From an uncultured Bacillota bacterium (lineage in GTDB: Bacteria; Bacillota_I; Bacilli_A; RFN20; CAG-826): a DNA stretch of 64,000 nt. Of the stretch, positions 48,366 to 57,951 are shown in pieces. Both the position numbers and the translations under genes were made by a program. Location of the stretch: positions 528,316-592,315 of the forward strand of contig CASEPN010000001.1 in assembly GCA_949289845.1 (NCBI GenBank), given 5' to 3'. Below the pieces are notes generated by a model. That model saw nothing but the letters and a program-made list of their open reading frames with translations. It was not told the origin of the DNA and did not search any database. How positions within the stretch are numbered: the stretch's first letter is position 1; every line of letters starts with the position of its first letter.

Positions 48366-48914
48366 ATCGCTTACTTCAATCCAAGGGACCAGAGAAGGCC
48401 GCAAAAGCGCGTCGACCCGATCAACGAGAACATCCGCTTCCCGGAGGTGCGCGTGATCTCGCCGGACGGGGAATCCCTGGGAGTCATGAGCTCCCGCGCC
48501 GCGCTCTCCCTCGCCCAGAGCTACAACCTCGACCTCTTCTGCATCGCGCCCCAGGGGAACCCCCCGGTGTGCAAGATCCTCGACTACGGGAAGTACCGCT
48601 TCGAGAAGCAGAAGTCCGACAGGGCCGCCAAGCGCGGGAACAAGGGGAACGAGCTAAGGCAGATCCAACTCTCCCCCTCGATCGGCCAACATGACATCGA
48701 GACCAAGGCGCGGAAGGCCCGCGAGCTCCTCGAGGACGGGAGCAAGGTCCAGGTGTGCGTCGTCTTCCGCGGGCGCCAGATGGCGCACAAGGAGATCGGC
48801 GAGGCCGTCCTCCAGCGCTTCTGGGAAGTGCTCCAGGACATCGGCCAGGTCGAGAAGCCTGCCTTCTGGGAAGGCAAATGGCTGAAGATGAACATCGGAC
48901 CGAAGAAGAAGTAG
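48366..48914 (+). CDS. infC: Translation initiation factor IF-3, probably initiating at a non-AUG (AUC) codon
   Basis: The conserved IF3 N-terminus INENIRFPEVRVISPDGESLGVM is encoded upstream of the track start (GTG at 48447). The frame is open from 48312 with no ATG, GTG or TTG. An ATC at 48366 lies 8 nt downstream of AGGAGGA. In E. coli, infC starts with AUU for autoregulation. Confidence 0.7.
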   Translation: MAYFNPRDQRRPQKRVDPINENIRFPEVRVISPDGESLGVMSSRAALSLAQSYNLDLFCIAPQGNPPVCKILDYGKYRFEKQKSDRAAKRGNKGNELRQIQLSPSIGQHDIETKARKARELLEDGSKVQVCVVFRGRQMAHKEIGEAVLQRFWEVLQDIGQVEKPAFWEGKWLKMNIGPKKK

Positions 48915-48931
48915 CGACAAGGAGAGAGAAC

Positions 48932-49126
48932 ATGGCAAAGATGAAATCCAGCCGGACCCTCGCCAAGAGGATCAAGGTCACCGGCACCGGCAAGCTGAAG
49001 CGGAAGAAGGCCTATATGGGCCACTTCGCCCCCAACAAGACCCGCAAGCAGCGGAAGCACCTCAGCAAGAGGACCCTCGTCCACGAGCGCGACATGCACC
49101 GCCTCGAGGGGATGTACAAGAAGTAG
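48932..49126 (+). CDS. rpmI: 50S ribosomal protein L35
   Basis: The product is MAKMKSSRTLAKRIKVTGTGKLKRKKAYMGHFAPNKTRKQRKHLSK... The start is preceded by GGAGAGAGAA. Confidence 0.9.
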   Translation: MAKMKSSRTLAKRIKVTGTGKLKRKKAYMGHFAPNKTRKQRKHLSKRTLVHERDMHRLEGMYKK

Positions 49127-49135
49127 GAGAACGAT

Positions 49136-49507
49136 ATGCGCGTCAAGAACAGTGTCCAGACCAGGGCCCGCAGGAAAAGGATCCTGAAGTCCGCCGAGGG
49201 CTACTTCGGCTCCAAGCACCTCCTCTTCAAGACCGCCAAGGAGCAGGTCCTCCGCTCCTGGAGGTACAGCTACATCGGCCGCAAGCAGGAGAAGAGCAAC
49301 TTCCGCAAGCTCTGGATCCGCCGCATCAACGCGGCCTGCCACCAGAACGGCATCAGCTACAGCGCCTTCATGGGCGGCCTCGTCAAGGCCGGCGTCCTCA
49401 CCAAGGACGGGACGGGCATCAACCGCAAGATGCTCTCCGAGATCGCGATCCGCGACCCCGAGGCCTTCAAGGCCCTCGTCGAGAAGGCGAAGGCCGCCAG
49501 GGCCTAG
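49136..49507 (+). CDS. rplT: 50S ribosomal protein L20
   Basis: The product is [38 protein letters not shown]...[13 protein letters not shown]. Confidence 0.9.
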   Translation: MRVKNSVQTRARRKRILKSAEGYFGSKHLLFKTAKEQVLRSWRYSYIGRKQEKSNFRKLWIRRINAACHQNGISYSAFMGGLVKAGVLTKDGTGINRKMLSEIAIRDPEAFKALVEKAKAARA

Positions 49508-49528
49508 GCCAGGAAGGCGATTGGGAAA

Positions 49529-49557
49529 GGGACCCGCTCCGGGCGGGTCCCTTTTTC
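49529..49557 (+). terminator. Rho-independent terminator after rplT
   Basis: The hairpin GGGACCCGC-TCC-GGGCGGGTCCC is followed by TTTTT. Confidence 0.7.
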
Positions 49558-49602
49558 GTTATCCCTGCAAAGCAAGGGGATAATCTAAGGAAAGCGAGTT
49601 TC

Positions 49603-49977
49603 TTAGTCCTCGAGGAGAGGCGAATGGATGAGGTATTCCGCGCCGGTCTTAGTGGTGGCGATCGGGATGTCGTAGACCGCGGCGATCCTAAGAAGCGCCT
49701 TCACGTCCGGGTCGTGGGGCTGGCTCTCGAGAGGATCCCAGAAGAAGACGCAGACGTCGATCCTCCCCTCGGCGATGGCGGCCCCGATCTGCTGGTCCCC
49801 GCCCAGGGGGCCGGAAAGATAGGGATGGACCTTGAGCCCGGTCTCTTTCGAAACAAGCTTCGCGGTCGTGCCCGTCCCCGATAGCTCGTGGCGGGCCAGT
49901 ATCTCCTTGTTCTCGAAGGCCCAGGCGATCATCTCCGCCTTCTTGTGGTCATGCGCGATGAGGGCGATCCTTTTCAT
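49603..49977 (-). CDS. mgsA: Methylglyoxal synthase
   Basis: The product MKRIALIAHDHKKAEMIAWA...GPLGGDQQIGAAIAEGRIDVCVFFWDPL carries the mgsA signature. The ATG at 49977 overlaps the thiI stop. The track ORF carries a spurious N-terminal extension. Confidence 0.85.
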   Translation of the reverse strand: MKRIALIAHDHKKAEMIAWAFENKEILARHELSGTGTTAKLVSKETGLKVHPYLSGPLGGDQQIGAAIAEGRIDVCVFFWDPLESQPHDPDVKALLRIAAVYDIPIATTKTGAEYLIHSPLLED

Positions 49978-51179
49978 TCCGTCTTCTCCTTCCCGAGAGG
50001 CACGAGCCTCCCTTCCTCGACCTTGTAGGAAGCGATGCCGTCCACCGCTTCCTGGATTTCCTTCATGAAGTCCCACTTCCCCTCGAAGAAGCGGCACTCC
50101 TCCCTCTTCGGCCGGGTCTTGGGCTTCTTCGGCTTGAAGATGGTGCAGCAGTCCTCGTAGGGCCGGATCGAGATCTCGTAGGTGCCGAGCTCCTTGGAAA
50201 GCTGGAGGATATCCGTCTTGTCCATCGCCAGGCATGGCCGAAGCACCGGGAGCGAGGTCACCTCGTTGATCGCACGGAGGGACTCGACCGTCTGGCTCGC
50301 GACCTGGCCGAGGGACTCCCCCGTGGCAAGGGCGGGGAAGCCCTTCCTCTCGGCGAACTCCGAGGCGATCCGCATCATCATCCTCCGGAGGAGGGTGATG
50401 CAGTAGGGCTCCGCGGCGTGCTCGTAAATCGAAAGCTGCACCTTCGTGAAGGGGACCACGTGGAGATGGACCTTCCCCTGGTAGGGAGCGAGGACATCGA
50501 GGATGTCCGCGAGCTTCTCCAGGACCGCCTCGCTCGTGTAGGGAGGGGCGGCGAAGTGGAGGAAGTCGAGGACGAGGCCCCTCCTCATGAGGAGGTAGCT
50601 CGCGACCGGGGAGTCAATCCCCCCGGAAAGAAGCATGAGCGCCCGTCCCCCGGAGCCGACAGGGTAGCCTCCGGCGCCCTTGTAGGTGCGGCAGGAGAGA
50701 TAGCATTCCTTCTCGCGGATCTCGACGAGGAGGGTCCTCTCGGGGTTATGGACGTCCACCTTCGCCCCTTTCCTGGCCCGGAGAATGGTCCCTCCGAGCG
50801 TCCTCGCGACCTCGTAGCCGGACAAGGGGTAGCTGTGGTCCGGCCGCCTGACCTCGACCTTGAAGGTCTTGAATTCCTCCCCCTCGATGGCCTTGAGGGC
50901 GGCTTCCTGGAGCTCCTCCAGGGATCTTCCCGAACGGAGGACGGGGGTGACCCGCTGGATCCCGGGGATCTTGAGGAGAAGGGAAAGGAGGGCGCCGAGG
51001 TCGGTTCCTTCTTCGACAGGGACGTAGGCGTGGGCGTTGTCCCCGCGCGCCTTGAGGTCTGGGAATGGATCCTTGAGGGCGCGGTTGACGTTCTGGACGA
51101 GGCGCTGGATGAAGGCCTTCTTGTTGAGGCCCTTCGTCGAGAGCTCGCCGTAGTGGAGCAGGAGGTGGGATACGTTCAT
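49974..51179 (-). CDS. thiI: tRNA 4-thiouridine(8) synthase ThiI
   Basis: The THUMP domain is followed by the PP-loop motif LLSGGIDSPVASYLL. Confidence 0.9.
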   Translation of the reverse strand: MNVSHLLLHYGELSTKGLNKKAFIQRLVQNVNRALKDPFPDLKARGDNAHAYVPVEEGTDLGALLSLLLKIPGIQRVTPVLRSGRSLEELQEAALKAIEGEEFKTFKVEVRRPDHSYPLSGYEVARTLGGTILRARKGAKVDVHNPERTLLVEIREKECYLSCRTYKGAGGYPVGSGGRALMLLSGGIDSPVASYLLMRRGLVLDFLHFAAPPYTSEAVLEKLADILDVLAPYQGKVHLHVVPFTKVQLSIYEHAAEPYCITLLRRMMMRIASEFAERKGFPALATGESLGQVASQTVESLRAINEVTSLPVLRPCLAMDKTDILQLSKELGTYEISIRPYEDCCTIFKPKKPKTRPKREECRFFEGKWDFMKEIQEAVDGIASYKVEEGRLVPLGKEKTE

Positions 51180-52318
51180 AGCGAGTCGATGGTCTCCTTC
51201 ATGATGTCCTCGAGGGCGGAGAGGAACTTCGGGGCGTCCTCCTCCTCGTTGAGGAGAGAGAAGCTGAGGCGGATGGCGTTCCTCGCCTCCTCCTCCTTCC
51301 TCCCCATCGCGAGGAGGACGTGGCTCGGGAGGTCCCTCCTGCTCGAGCAGGCGGAGGTCGTCGAGACGTAGATCCCCCGGAGGGAGAGGGCTTCCTCGAC
51401 GACGGACGCCTTCTTATGGCGGAGCGAGAAGTCGAGGAGGAAGGGGCTTCCATCCGCCGGGGAGTTCACGAGGAAGTCCTCGGGATGGGAAGAGAGGAAG
51501 CCGAGGATCCTCACCCGGATCGAGGAGACTCTGGCAATCGCCTCCTTCTCCTCGCCTTTCGCAAGCTCGAGCGCCTTCCATGAGGCGAGGGCGGAAGGGA
51601 CGTCGCTCGTCCCGGGGCGGAGCCCTTCCTCCTGCCCTCCCCCTTCCATGAGGGGCGAGGGACGGATGTCCTTCCGGAGGGCGAGGAAGCCCGCGCCCTT
51701 GGGGCCCCCGAACTTATGGGCGCTCATGGAGAGGAGGTCGGCGGTCCCATAGGGATAGGGAAGCCCCTTGAAGGCCCCCTGGGTGAAGTCGCTATGGAGG
51801 TAGCACTTGGGATGGCCCCGGAGGAGCGCGCGGACTTCCTTCAGGGGGGTGATGGCCCCGGTCTCGTTGTTGACCGCCATGAGGGAGACGAGGATCGTCC
51901 TATCGTCGAGGGCGGCCCCCAGGTCCTCGAGGCGGATCGTCCCCGTCGTCGCATCAAGCGGGAGAAGGACGACGTCGAAGCCTTCTTTCGCCAGGGCCTT
52001 GAGGGGCTCGAGGACGGACTCGTGCTCCCCGGAGGAGGAGATGATCCTCTTGCCCCGCGCAGCATAGGCGCGGGCGACGCCCTTGAGGGCGAGGTTGTTC
52101 GCCTCCGTCGCGCCCGAGAGGAAGAGGAGGCGGTGGGTCTTCTCCAGCTGGAGGAGCCGGAGGATGCCTTTTCTCGCGGATTCGAGGGAGCGGGCGCTCT
52201 CGCGCCCGAAGGCATGGGGGCTGTTCGCGTTCCCGAAGTGGGCGAGGGATTCCGAAAGATAGGCCTCCCCCGCCTCCTTCCGGAGGGGGAGGGTGGCGGC
52301 GCTGTCGAAATAGATCAC
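51176..52318 (-). CDS. Cysteine desulfurase (NifS/IscS/NifZ-like, class V aminotransferase)
   Basis: The protein begins VIYFDSAATLPL. It has the PLP lysine motif SMSAHKFGGPKGAGFL and the catalytic Cys loop STTSACSS. The GTG start at 52318 overlaps the ezrA stop (GTGA). Track ORF 51176..53719 is a read-through artefact. Confidence 0.85.
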   Translation of the reverse strand: MIYFDSAATLPLRKEAGEAYLSESLAHFGNANSPHAFGRESARSLESARKGILRLLQLEKTHRLLFLSGATEANNLALKGVARAYAARGKRIISSSGEHESVLEPLKALAKEGFDVVLLPLDATTGTIRLEDLGAALDDRTILVSLMAVNNETGAITPLKEVRALLRGHPKCYLHSDFTQGAFKGLPYPYGTADLLSMSAHKFGGPKGAGFLALRKDIRPSPLMEGGGQEEGLRPGTSDVPSALASWKALELAKGEEKEAIARVSSIRVRILGFLSSHPEDFLVNSPADGSPFLLDFSLRHKKASVVEEALSLRGIYVSTTSACSSRRDLPSHVLLAMGRKEEEARNAIRLSFSLLNEEEDAPKFLSALEDIMKETIDSL

Positions 52319-54057
52319 CGGGGGCCGCCCCTTCCTTCGCGGAAGAGGGCCTTCCCCTGGCTTTCCTCGATGAGGGCGATGGCGGCGGGGAACTCCCCCT
52401 TGCGGTAGAGGGCCTCGGCCTGGAGGAGGAGGTTCTCGATCTCGGGGCTGTCGCTCCGCCAGGCGTTGGCGAGGAGGAGCCTCGCCCCGCACTTCCTCTC
52501 GCCGTCGAAGAGCTCGCGGGCCTTCTGATGAAGGGCCCTCGCCCTCCTTTCCGCCTCGTCGCGGAGGGCGCTCGCCTTCCTTACGTCGATGGGCGGGTTC
52601 CTGAGGAGGGCCGAGAGCTCGTCGAGGAGCGCGTGGATCTCCTCGTCCTCCTTGATGAGGGGCTCGCGGAGCGGGACGAGCGGGAGCGCCTCGACGCGCC
52701 ACTCGCTTTCCTCGAGGAGGACGGAGGCCTCGTGGAGGAGGCGCGCGGCCCTCTCGCTGTCCTCCTTGAGGGAGGCGAGGTAGTCGTGGAAGTCGTGGAG
52801 GGCCTTCTCGGCCTCCTCTTCCTGGGCGACGAGCTGCTCCATCCGCTCGAGGAGGCTCCCGTAGGGCTGGCGCGGGACGCTGTGGACGCAGGTGTCGAGG
52901 ACCCGGCGGCTCGCAGCAGCCTGGCTCACGAGGTTCTGGATGTTGTTGATCTTGTCCTCTTCCTCCTGGCCGAGGAGGTAGATCGCGCGGACGCCCTGGA
53001 GGCTGTGGGAGAGGGAGATGAACTCCTTGGCGATCAGCTGCTCCCGGCGGTGGGCGCTTTCCACGCCGCCCTCGAACTTCCTTCTCGCCTCGATCTCGCC
53101 TTCCAGGCGCGCCTGGAACTCCTTGACGAGGCCCTCGAGGTGCTCGGCGTCCTCCTGGAGCCCCTGGAAGCCGAGGGAGACGAGGCGTTCCCTGAGGGCG
53201 TCGAGGCGCTCGTGGAGCTCCTTGATGTCGCGCTCCCCGGCGACCCCGTCCAGGGCGTAGTCCTCGGCCTTCATATGGCGGAAGAGGTCCTCGAGGTTCC
53301 CGAGCTTCTCCGGGAGGAGCCTCGTGATCTCGAGGGAAAGGGAAGGAAGGGTCGGGAGCGCCTTCCGGATGGCGTCGACGACGGGGTGGACTTCCTTCCG
53401 GAGCGTCTCCCCCGCGCTTTCGTAGTCGGCCCCCTCGACCTTCTCCTCGCATTCGGAAAGAAGGTCCTCGAGCCGGCGGAACACCGACTCGAAGGGCGGG
53501 ACGAGGAGGGCCATCGCCTCCTTCTGGCGGTAGAAGGACTGCTTGACGTCCCTGAGGGCGGCGCGGGCGTCGACGAGGAGGGCGCGGCATTCCTCCTCCC
53601 TCTCGAGTTTCTTCTGGAGCGCCTGGTAGAGCTCGTTCACCCCCGAGGCGTGCTCGGCGATGAGGCGGCGGCTCTCGGGAAGATCCCTCCTGAGGGCGCG
53701 GGCGTCGTGGCGCTCCCACTCCTCGCTCAGGAGGGCGGCGGCCTGGGCGGCCCTCTCATCCACGTTCTCGCGGAAGGAGCGGAGCTTCCTCTCCCATTCG
53801 CTCGCCTCCTCCTGGTAGTGGAGGTTCAGCTGGGCGATCCGCTGGAGGCGGGAGAAGTACTGGGCGACCTGGCCTTCGAGGATCGCGTGGTGCTTCTCAT
53901 AGGTCGCGCATAGCTCCTGGGCCTGCTTCCGGAGGCGGTAGTTCCGGAACCAGAGGAAATAGAGGAGCACGAGGGCGATCACCGCCAGGAGGGCGAGGAT
54001 CGCGATGAGGATGATGTCCCCCGTCTGGAGGGCTAGGACAGTGGCAAGGTTCTTCAC
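52315..54057 (-). CDS. ezrA: Septation ring formation regulator EzrA
   Basis: A 580-aa protein with an N-terminal TM helix (ILIAILALLAVIALVLLYFLWF) followed by long coiled-coil spectrin-like repeats. The start is GTG. Confidence 0.8.
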   Translation of the reverse strand: MKNLATVLALQTGDIILIAILALLAVIALVLLYFLWFRNYRLRKQAQELCATYEKHHAILEGQVAQYFSRLQRIAQLNLHYQEEASEWERKLRSFRENVDERAAQAAALLSEEWERHDARALRRDLPESRRLIAEHASGVNELYQALQKKLEREEECRALLVDARAALRDVKQSFYRQKEAMALLVPPFESVFRRLEDLLSECEEKVEGADYESAGETLRKEVHPVVDAIRKALPTLPSLSLEITRLLPEKLGNLEDLFRHMKAEDYALDGVAGERDIKELHERLDALRERLVSLGFQGLQEDAEHLEGLVKEFQARLEGEIEARRKFEGGVESAHRREQLIAKEFISLSHSLQGVRAIYLLGQEEEDKINNIQNLVSQAAASRRVLDTCVHSVPRQPYGSLLERMEQLVAQEEEAEKALHDFHDYLASLKEDSERAARLLHEASVLLEESEWRVEALPLVPLREPLIKEDEEIHALLDELSALLRNPPIDVRKASALRDEAERRARALHQKARELFDGERKCGARLLLANAWRSDSPEIENLLLQAEALYRKGEFPAAIALIEESQGKALFREGRGGPR

Positions 54058-54409
54058 AGGCTAGATTGTATCATCCATGCGGGGGCGCGGGCATAGGCGC
54101 GAAGACGTTCGGAGTCATCCATCCGTTTCCGGGTTTCTTCGGTTTCCAAAACTCAGGTGCGGGCGGATTTCCTGGAAAGCCCGCCCGATGCGTTCGCTTT
54201 GCCGACTCATGTACATGGCATCGACAGGTTGACGAGCCGAGGGCGCGCGTGGATAATGCGCGAGCGCAAGGAGCAGGCCCCTCACGCCTCCGCCTGACGC
54301 CGTCCTGGAAATAAAGATCAGTAACCCGGTGCTCGCCGGGCGAAGGGACGGCACCCGGGAGGATGGGGAGGGCCCCTTGTTCTGGCGTGGACAGAAGGAG
54401 GAAAGAGAT

Positions 54410-55015
54410 ATGTCCAGATACACAGGTTCGACCTGGAAGAAGAGCCGCCGCTTCGGCTTCAGCATCCTCGGCACCGGGGATGAGACCAAGAGGCGTCCCT
54501 ATGGCCCCGGCCAGCACGGCCAGGACCGCAAGAGGAAGCCGAGCGAGTACGGCGCCCAGCTCCTCGAGAAGCAGAAGCTCCGCGAGCTCTACGGAGTGAA
54601 CGAGCGGCAGTTCCGCCGCCTCTTCACCCTCGCGAAGAAGGAGAAGACCGTCACCGGCCTCGCCTTCTTCCGCATCCTTGAGAGCAGGCTCGACAACCTC
54701 GTCTACCGCATGGGCTTCGCCCGCACGAGGAGGGCCGCGAGGCAGCTCGTCAACCACGGGCACGTGACCGTGAACGGGAAGAAGGTCGACATCCCGAGCT
54801 ACCTTTGCTCGGTGAACGACGTCGTCGCCATCAAGGACGGCGGATCCCTCAAGGTCGTCAAGGAGTCGCTCGAGGGCAAGCCCCAGATCGCGCCCTTCGT
54901 CACGATCGACCCCGAGAAGTTCCAGGGCGTCTTCGCCCGCCTCCCCGAGAGGAACGAGCTCCCCCGCGAGATCAACGAGTCCCAGATCATCGAGTACTAC
55001 AACCGCCTCATGTAG
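54410..55015 (+). CDS. rpsD: 30S ribosomal protein S4
   Basis: The product starts MSRYTGSTWKKSRRFGFSILGTGDE... The ATG at 54410 is preceded by GGAGGAAAGAG. The ~350-nt 5' leader contains hairpins, consistent with the S4 autoregulatory leader of firmicutes. Confidence 0.9.
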   Translation: MSRYTGSTWKKSRRFGFSILGTGDETKRRPYGPGQHGQDRKRKPSEYGAQLLEKQKLRELYGVNERQFRRLFTLAKKEKTVTGLAFFRILESRLDNLVYRMGFARTRRAARQLVNHGHVTVNGKKVDIPSYLCSVNDVVAIKDGGSLKVVKESLEGKPQIAPFVTIDPEKFQGVFARLPERNELPREINESQIIEYYNRLM

Positions 55016-55040
55016 TTCCCTATCCGGGAACAAGAAGAAA

Positions 55041-55066
55041 GGCCCGCGGGCACGCGGGTCTTTTCC
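55041..55066 (+). terminator. Rho-independent terminator after rpsD
   Basis: The hairpin GCCCGCG-GGCA-CGCGGGTC is followed by TTTT. Confidence 0.55.
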
Positions 55067-55126
55067 TTAATTCCTTGCAGTTCCCACCTCTTCGGAGGGT
55101 TTTACAGCGAGAGTAGAATCAAACCC

Positions 55127-56278
55127 ATGAGAAGCCAGGTCCGAAAGATGGCGGAAGCCGCCCTCCTCCTCGCCCTCGGGATCCTCCTCCCGATGGCCTT
55201 CCACGGGATCCCGAACGCCGGGCAGGTATTCCTTCCCATGCACATCCCCGCGCTCATCGCGGGATTCATGCTCGGGCCCCTCTGGGGGCTCTTCGTAGGG
55301 GCGATGTCCCCTCTATTGAGCTCGCTCCTCACCGGGATGCCCGCGCTGGCAATGATGCCGGGGATGGTGCTCGAGATCGGGCTCTACGGCTTCTTCTCCG
55401 GGGTCTTCTACAAGGTGATCAAGACGAAGGTATATCTTCTGGACATATACCTGACCCTCGTCCTCGCCCTCCTCATCGGGAAATGCGGGAAGGGGATCTA
55501 CGACCTCGCCCTTTATACGGGAAGGGGGGACGCCTATGGCTTCGCCCTCTTCTTCACGACCTACTTCGTCACCGCCTGGCCGGGGCTCCTCATCCAGTTC
55601 ACCCTGGTGCCAGCGCTTCTTGCCGCCCTCACGGAGACGGGGTTCCTAAGGAGCGAGGACCGCTCCTTCCTTCCTTATCTCGAAGGGAAGGCGCTTGCAA
55701 GAAGAGAGGCCGAATACTTCAACGGGGCGGCCCTTTCCTATCCCGAGAAGACGACCGCCCAGAAAGCGGAGATCATGCGCCTTCTTGAGAAATGCGCCCT
55801 CCGGAAGGAGGAGCGGATCCTCGAGGTCGGATGCGGGGACGGGGCATTGGCGAGAATCCTCCTCGCTCAAGGCTACGATGTCCATGCGATCGACGTCTCC
55901 CTCCGCATGGTCGAAAGGGCGCGGGCGAAGGATCCCGGGAACATGGATCGCTACGAGGTCAAAGACTTCCTTTCCTTCGAAGACAAGGAGCCCTACGACG
56001 TCATCGTCCTCCTCGACTCCTACCCCCACTTCCTCGACACCCGGGCGTTCAGAAGGAAAGCGAAGGACCTCCTCCGGGAGAACGGACGCCTTTTGATCCT
56101 CCAGGACCGTCCGCGGGACGAGCTGAACGTCATCCTCGAAGGCAAGGACAAGGCGCGGCTATCCAGGCCCCTCCTCTCTCCCGGGAGGGAGTGGACGAGG
56201 CTCTGGCTTTCCTTCCGGAAGGAAAAGGTCAGCAAAGAGGACGGGAAGGGTTATCTCCTCGCCCTCCGGAGAAGGTAG
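55127..56278 (+). CDS. Fusion protein: N-terminal ECF-transporter S-component-like integral membrane domain plus C-terminal class I SAM-dependent methyltransferase domain
   Basis: Residues 1-~190 form ~6 TM helices of ECF-S type (MAEAALLLALGILLPMAFHG...). Residues ~230-383 carry SAM-MTase motif I (ILEVGCGDGALARIL) and motif post-I (YDVHAIDVS). Confidence 0.5.
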   Translation: MRSQVRKMAEAALLLALGILLPMAFHGIPNAGQVFLPMHIPALIAGFMLGPLWGLFVGAMSPLLSSLLTGMPALAMMPGMVLEIGLYGFFSGVFYKVIKTKVYLLDIYLTLVLALLIGKCGKGIYDLALYTGRGDAYGFALFFTTYFVTAWPGLLIQFTLVPALLAALTETGFLRSEDRSFLPYLEGKALARREAEYFNGAALSYPEKTTAQKAEIMRLLEKCALRKEERILEVGCGDGALARILLAQGYDVHAIDVSLRMVERARAKDPGNMDRYEVKDFLSFEDKEPYDVIVLLDSYPHFLDTRAFRRKAKDLLRENGRLLILQDRPRDELNVILEGKDKARLSRPLLSPGREWTRLWLSFRKEKVSKEDGKGYLLALRRR

Positions 56279-56357
56279 GCCTAAGGGAAAAGGCGCCCAG
56301 ACGGCGCCTTTTCCATGCAGTTCCTTCATCTTTCGGAGGAAAACGAGCTTTAGAAGT

Positions 56358-57599
56358 CTAGTTCTCCCCTTCGTCCTGGGAGGCGATTTCCTCGTCGCAC
56401 CCGTGGCAGCGGTAGTGCTCGTCCTTCAGAAAGACCGCATCTTCCCCAAGTCGGAATGCTTTCTCCACGGCCTTCCTCGCGGTTGGCTCGGAAATAATGC
56501 AAGAATCCATGTAAACGAGGGTTTGGCCTGCCTCGAGGTCGTAGATGACGCGCCCTCTCGGCCAGTAGGAATAGTCGTCATGATCCAGGGCGGCCATGTA
56601 ACCTTTCAGTTGTAAAAGGCGGTATAGCTCCTCGTGGCCGATCCTCCCGTTTGCAAAGCGGTTCCCTTCTTCCGGCACAAAAGGCTCCTTAACCCGCAGG
56701 ATGCGGCCATAGATATAGAAGAAGGCTCCGACATCCGGAAGCTCGCTCTCCCCATAAAAGAGGCGCGCCTTGGGGTCACTAGCCTTGATATCCCTTCCAT
56801 AGAAGAGGAGGTCAGGAAACATATGGATCCCTAGATGGCCGACACGCTCATTAATCCTCATCGCAAGCAGCCTATAGTCCTGGCGGAAAGCATCGAGTCG
56901 CTTCCCTTTCAAAGGACAGACGACTTCCCCGAAATACATGTCTCCATCAAAGGAGGCTCTCGCGGACATCATTCCGAGAACGTGCGAGCAGATATGCTTT
57001 ATCCCTTCCAGGTATCGCGGAGACTGGCTGATGAAGTGATTCACGCCTTCCTTGTTGACGATGGTAAGCCCAGGAATGGAAGAGAGCCATTTCTCATAGA
57101 ACGGCATGTAGGAAGCGTTCTTGTCAGGGGAGGAACGATAGGTCGCGTAACGGTCGATGTACTCGGTGAACTTGCTTTCCAAATAGAGACGGACTTCATG
57201 CCTCTCCTCGTCTTTCCCTAGAAGCATCGCGTCTACGTTAGACATCGGCGACACATGATTGCTGTTCTCGTTCCCCAAAGGGAAGACGGAGTTCTTTTCT
57301 TCGAACTTCACTGAATCGACATAGAACGAAAAGCGTCCGTCCTCATCGGCCAGGTCCAATGTAGTCCCTGTCTTGTCGTAAAGATGAAGAAGGCAGCAAA
57401 GAACGGAGCTTTTCAGGGAAAGGATGTTCTTGAGTTCGTCTCCATCCCCAGAAATCACTTCTTGGAAGGCTGTTTCGAAAAGTCTAGCTTTGTTTTGGGG
57501 AATGCCAAATACCCGTTCAAGAGTTTTCTCAGGGGATTCTTTTTCCAGAGGGGCGAAGCCTACGGATACCTTGCCGCTTCCCCTGTACCTGAGCGCCAA
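56358..57599 (-). CDS. Low-GC orphan hypothetical protein (413 aa); possible PD-(D/E)xK nuclease-like core and C-terminal CxxC; start uncertain (track start is TTG)
   Basis: GC is ~48%, against ~68% in the flanks. The motif NVDAMLLGKDEERHEVRLYLESK has a D...ExK spacing compatible with a PD-(D/E)xK fold. The C-terminus carries HYRCHGCDEE. Confidence 0.45.
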   Translation of the reverse strand: MALRYRGSGKVSVGFAPLEKESPEKTLERVFGIPQNKARLFETAFQEVISGDGDELKNILSLKSSVLCCLLHLYDKTGTTLDLADEDGRFSFYVDSVKFEEKNSVFPLGNENSNHVSPMSNVDAMLLGKDEERHEVRLYLESKFTEYIDRYATYRSSPDKNASYMPFYEKWLSSIPGLTIVNKEGVNHFISQSPRYLEGIKHICSHVLGMMSARASFDGDMYFGEVVCPLKGKRLDAFRQDYRLLAMRINERVGHLGIHMFPDLLFYGRDIKASDPKARLFYGESELPDVGAFFYIYGRILRVKEPFVPEEGNRFANGRIGHEELYRLLQLKGYMAALDHDDYSYWPRGRVIYDLEAGQTLVYMDSCIISEPTARKAVEKAFRLGEDAVFLKDEHYRCHGCDEEIASQDEGEN

Positions 57600-57951
57600 G
57601 CATAGGCGCGATAACGGCCCATTTCCGGTAATAGTGGCGGCCCCTCTTCCGCCCTAGGGAATGAAGCAATGAGAGGGCATCCACATTGTCGTTCATATTT
57701 TCTTCCGTCTCCTTCCCTCCTATTTTCCAAAGGCCTGCAAACGAATTCCACATATGGTCATGCCTATGCCTACGGCAGAAATCGCTGGCCTTGGCTACAA
57801 CATATCCGAGTTAACGCGACAGTCGAACTCGGTGTTCTCACGTTGTTCTACTCCTCTTCTCGTACAGCCTTCATTCGCATGCGACTTTTGGATCTTCCCT
57901 AAAAAAGAAAAAGCCCAGCGAACCTCGCCGGGCATCAGGACGTTGGTTCCC

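Noticed and set aside
51176-53719. 847-aa ORF with an Arg/Pro-rich N-terminal half
   Set aside because: Only the C-terminal 380 aa (51176..52318, GTG start) correspond to the cysteine desulfurase. The upstream part is an out-of-frame overlap with ezrA.
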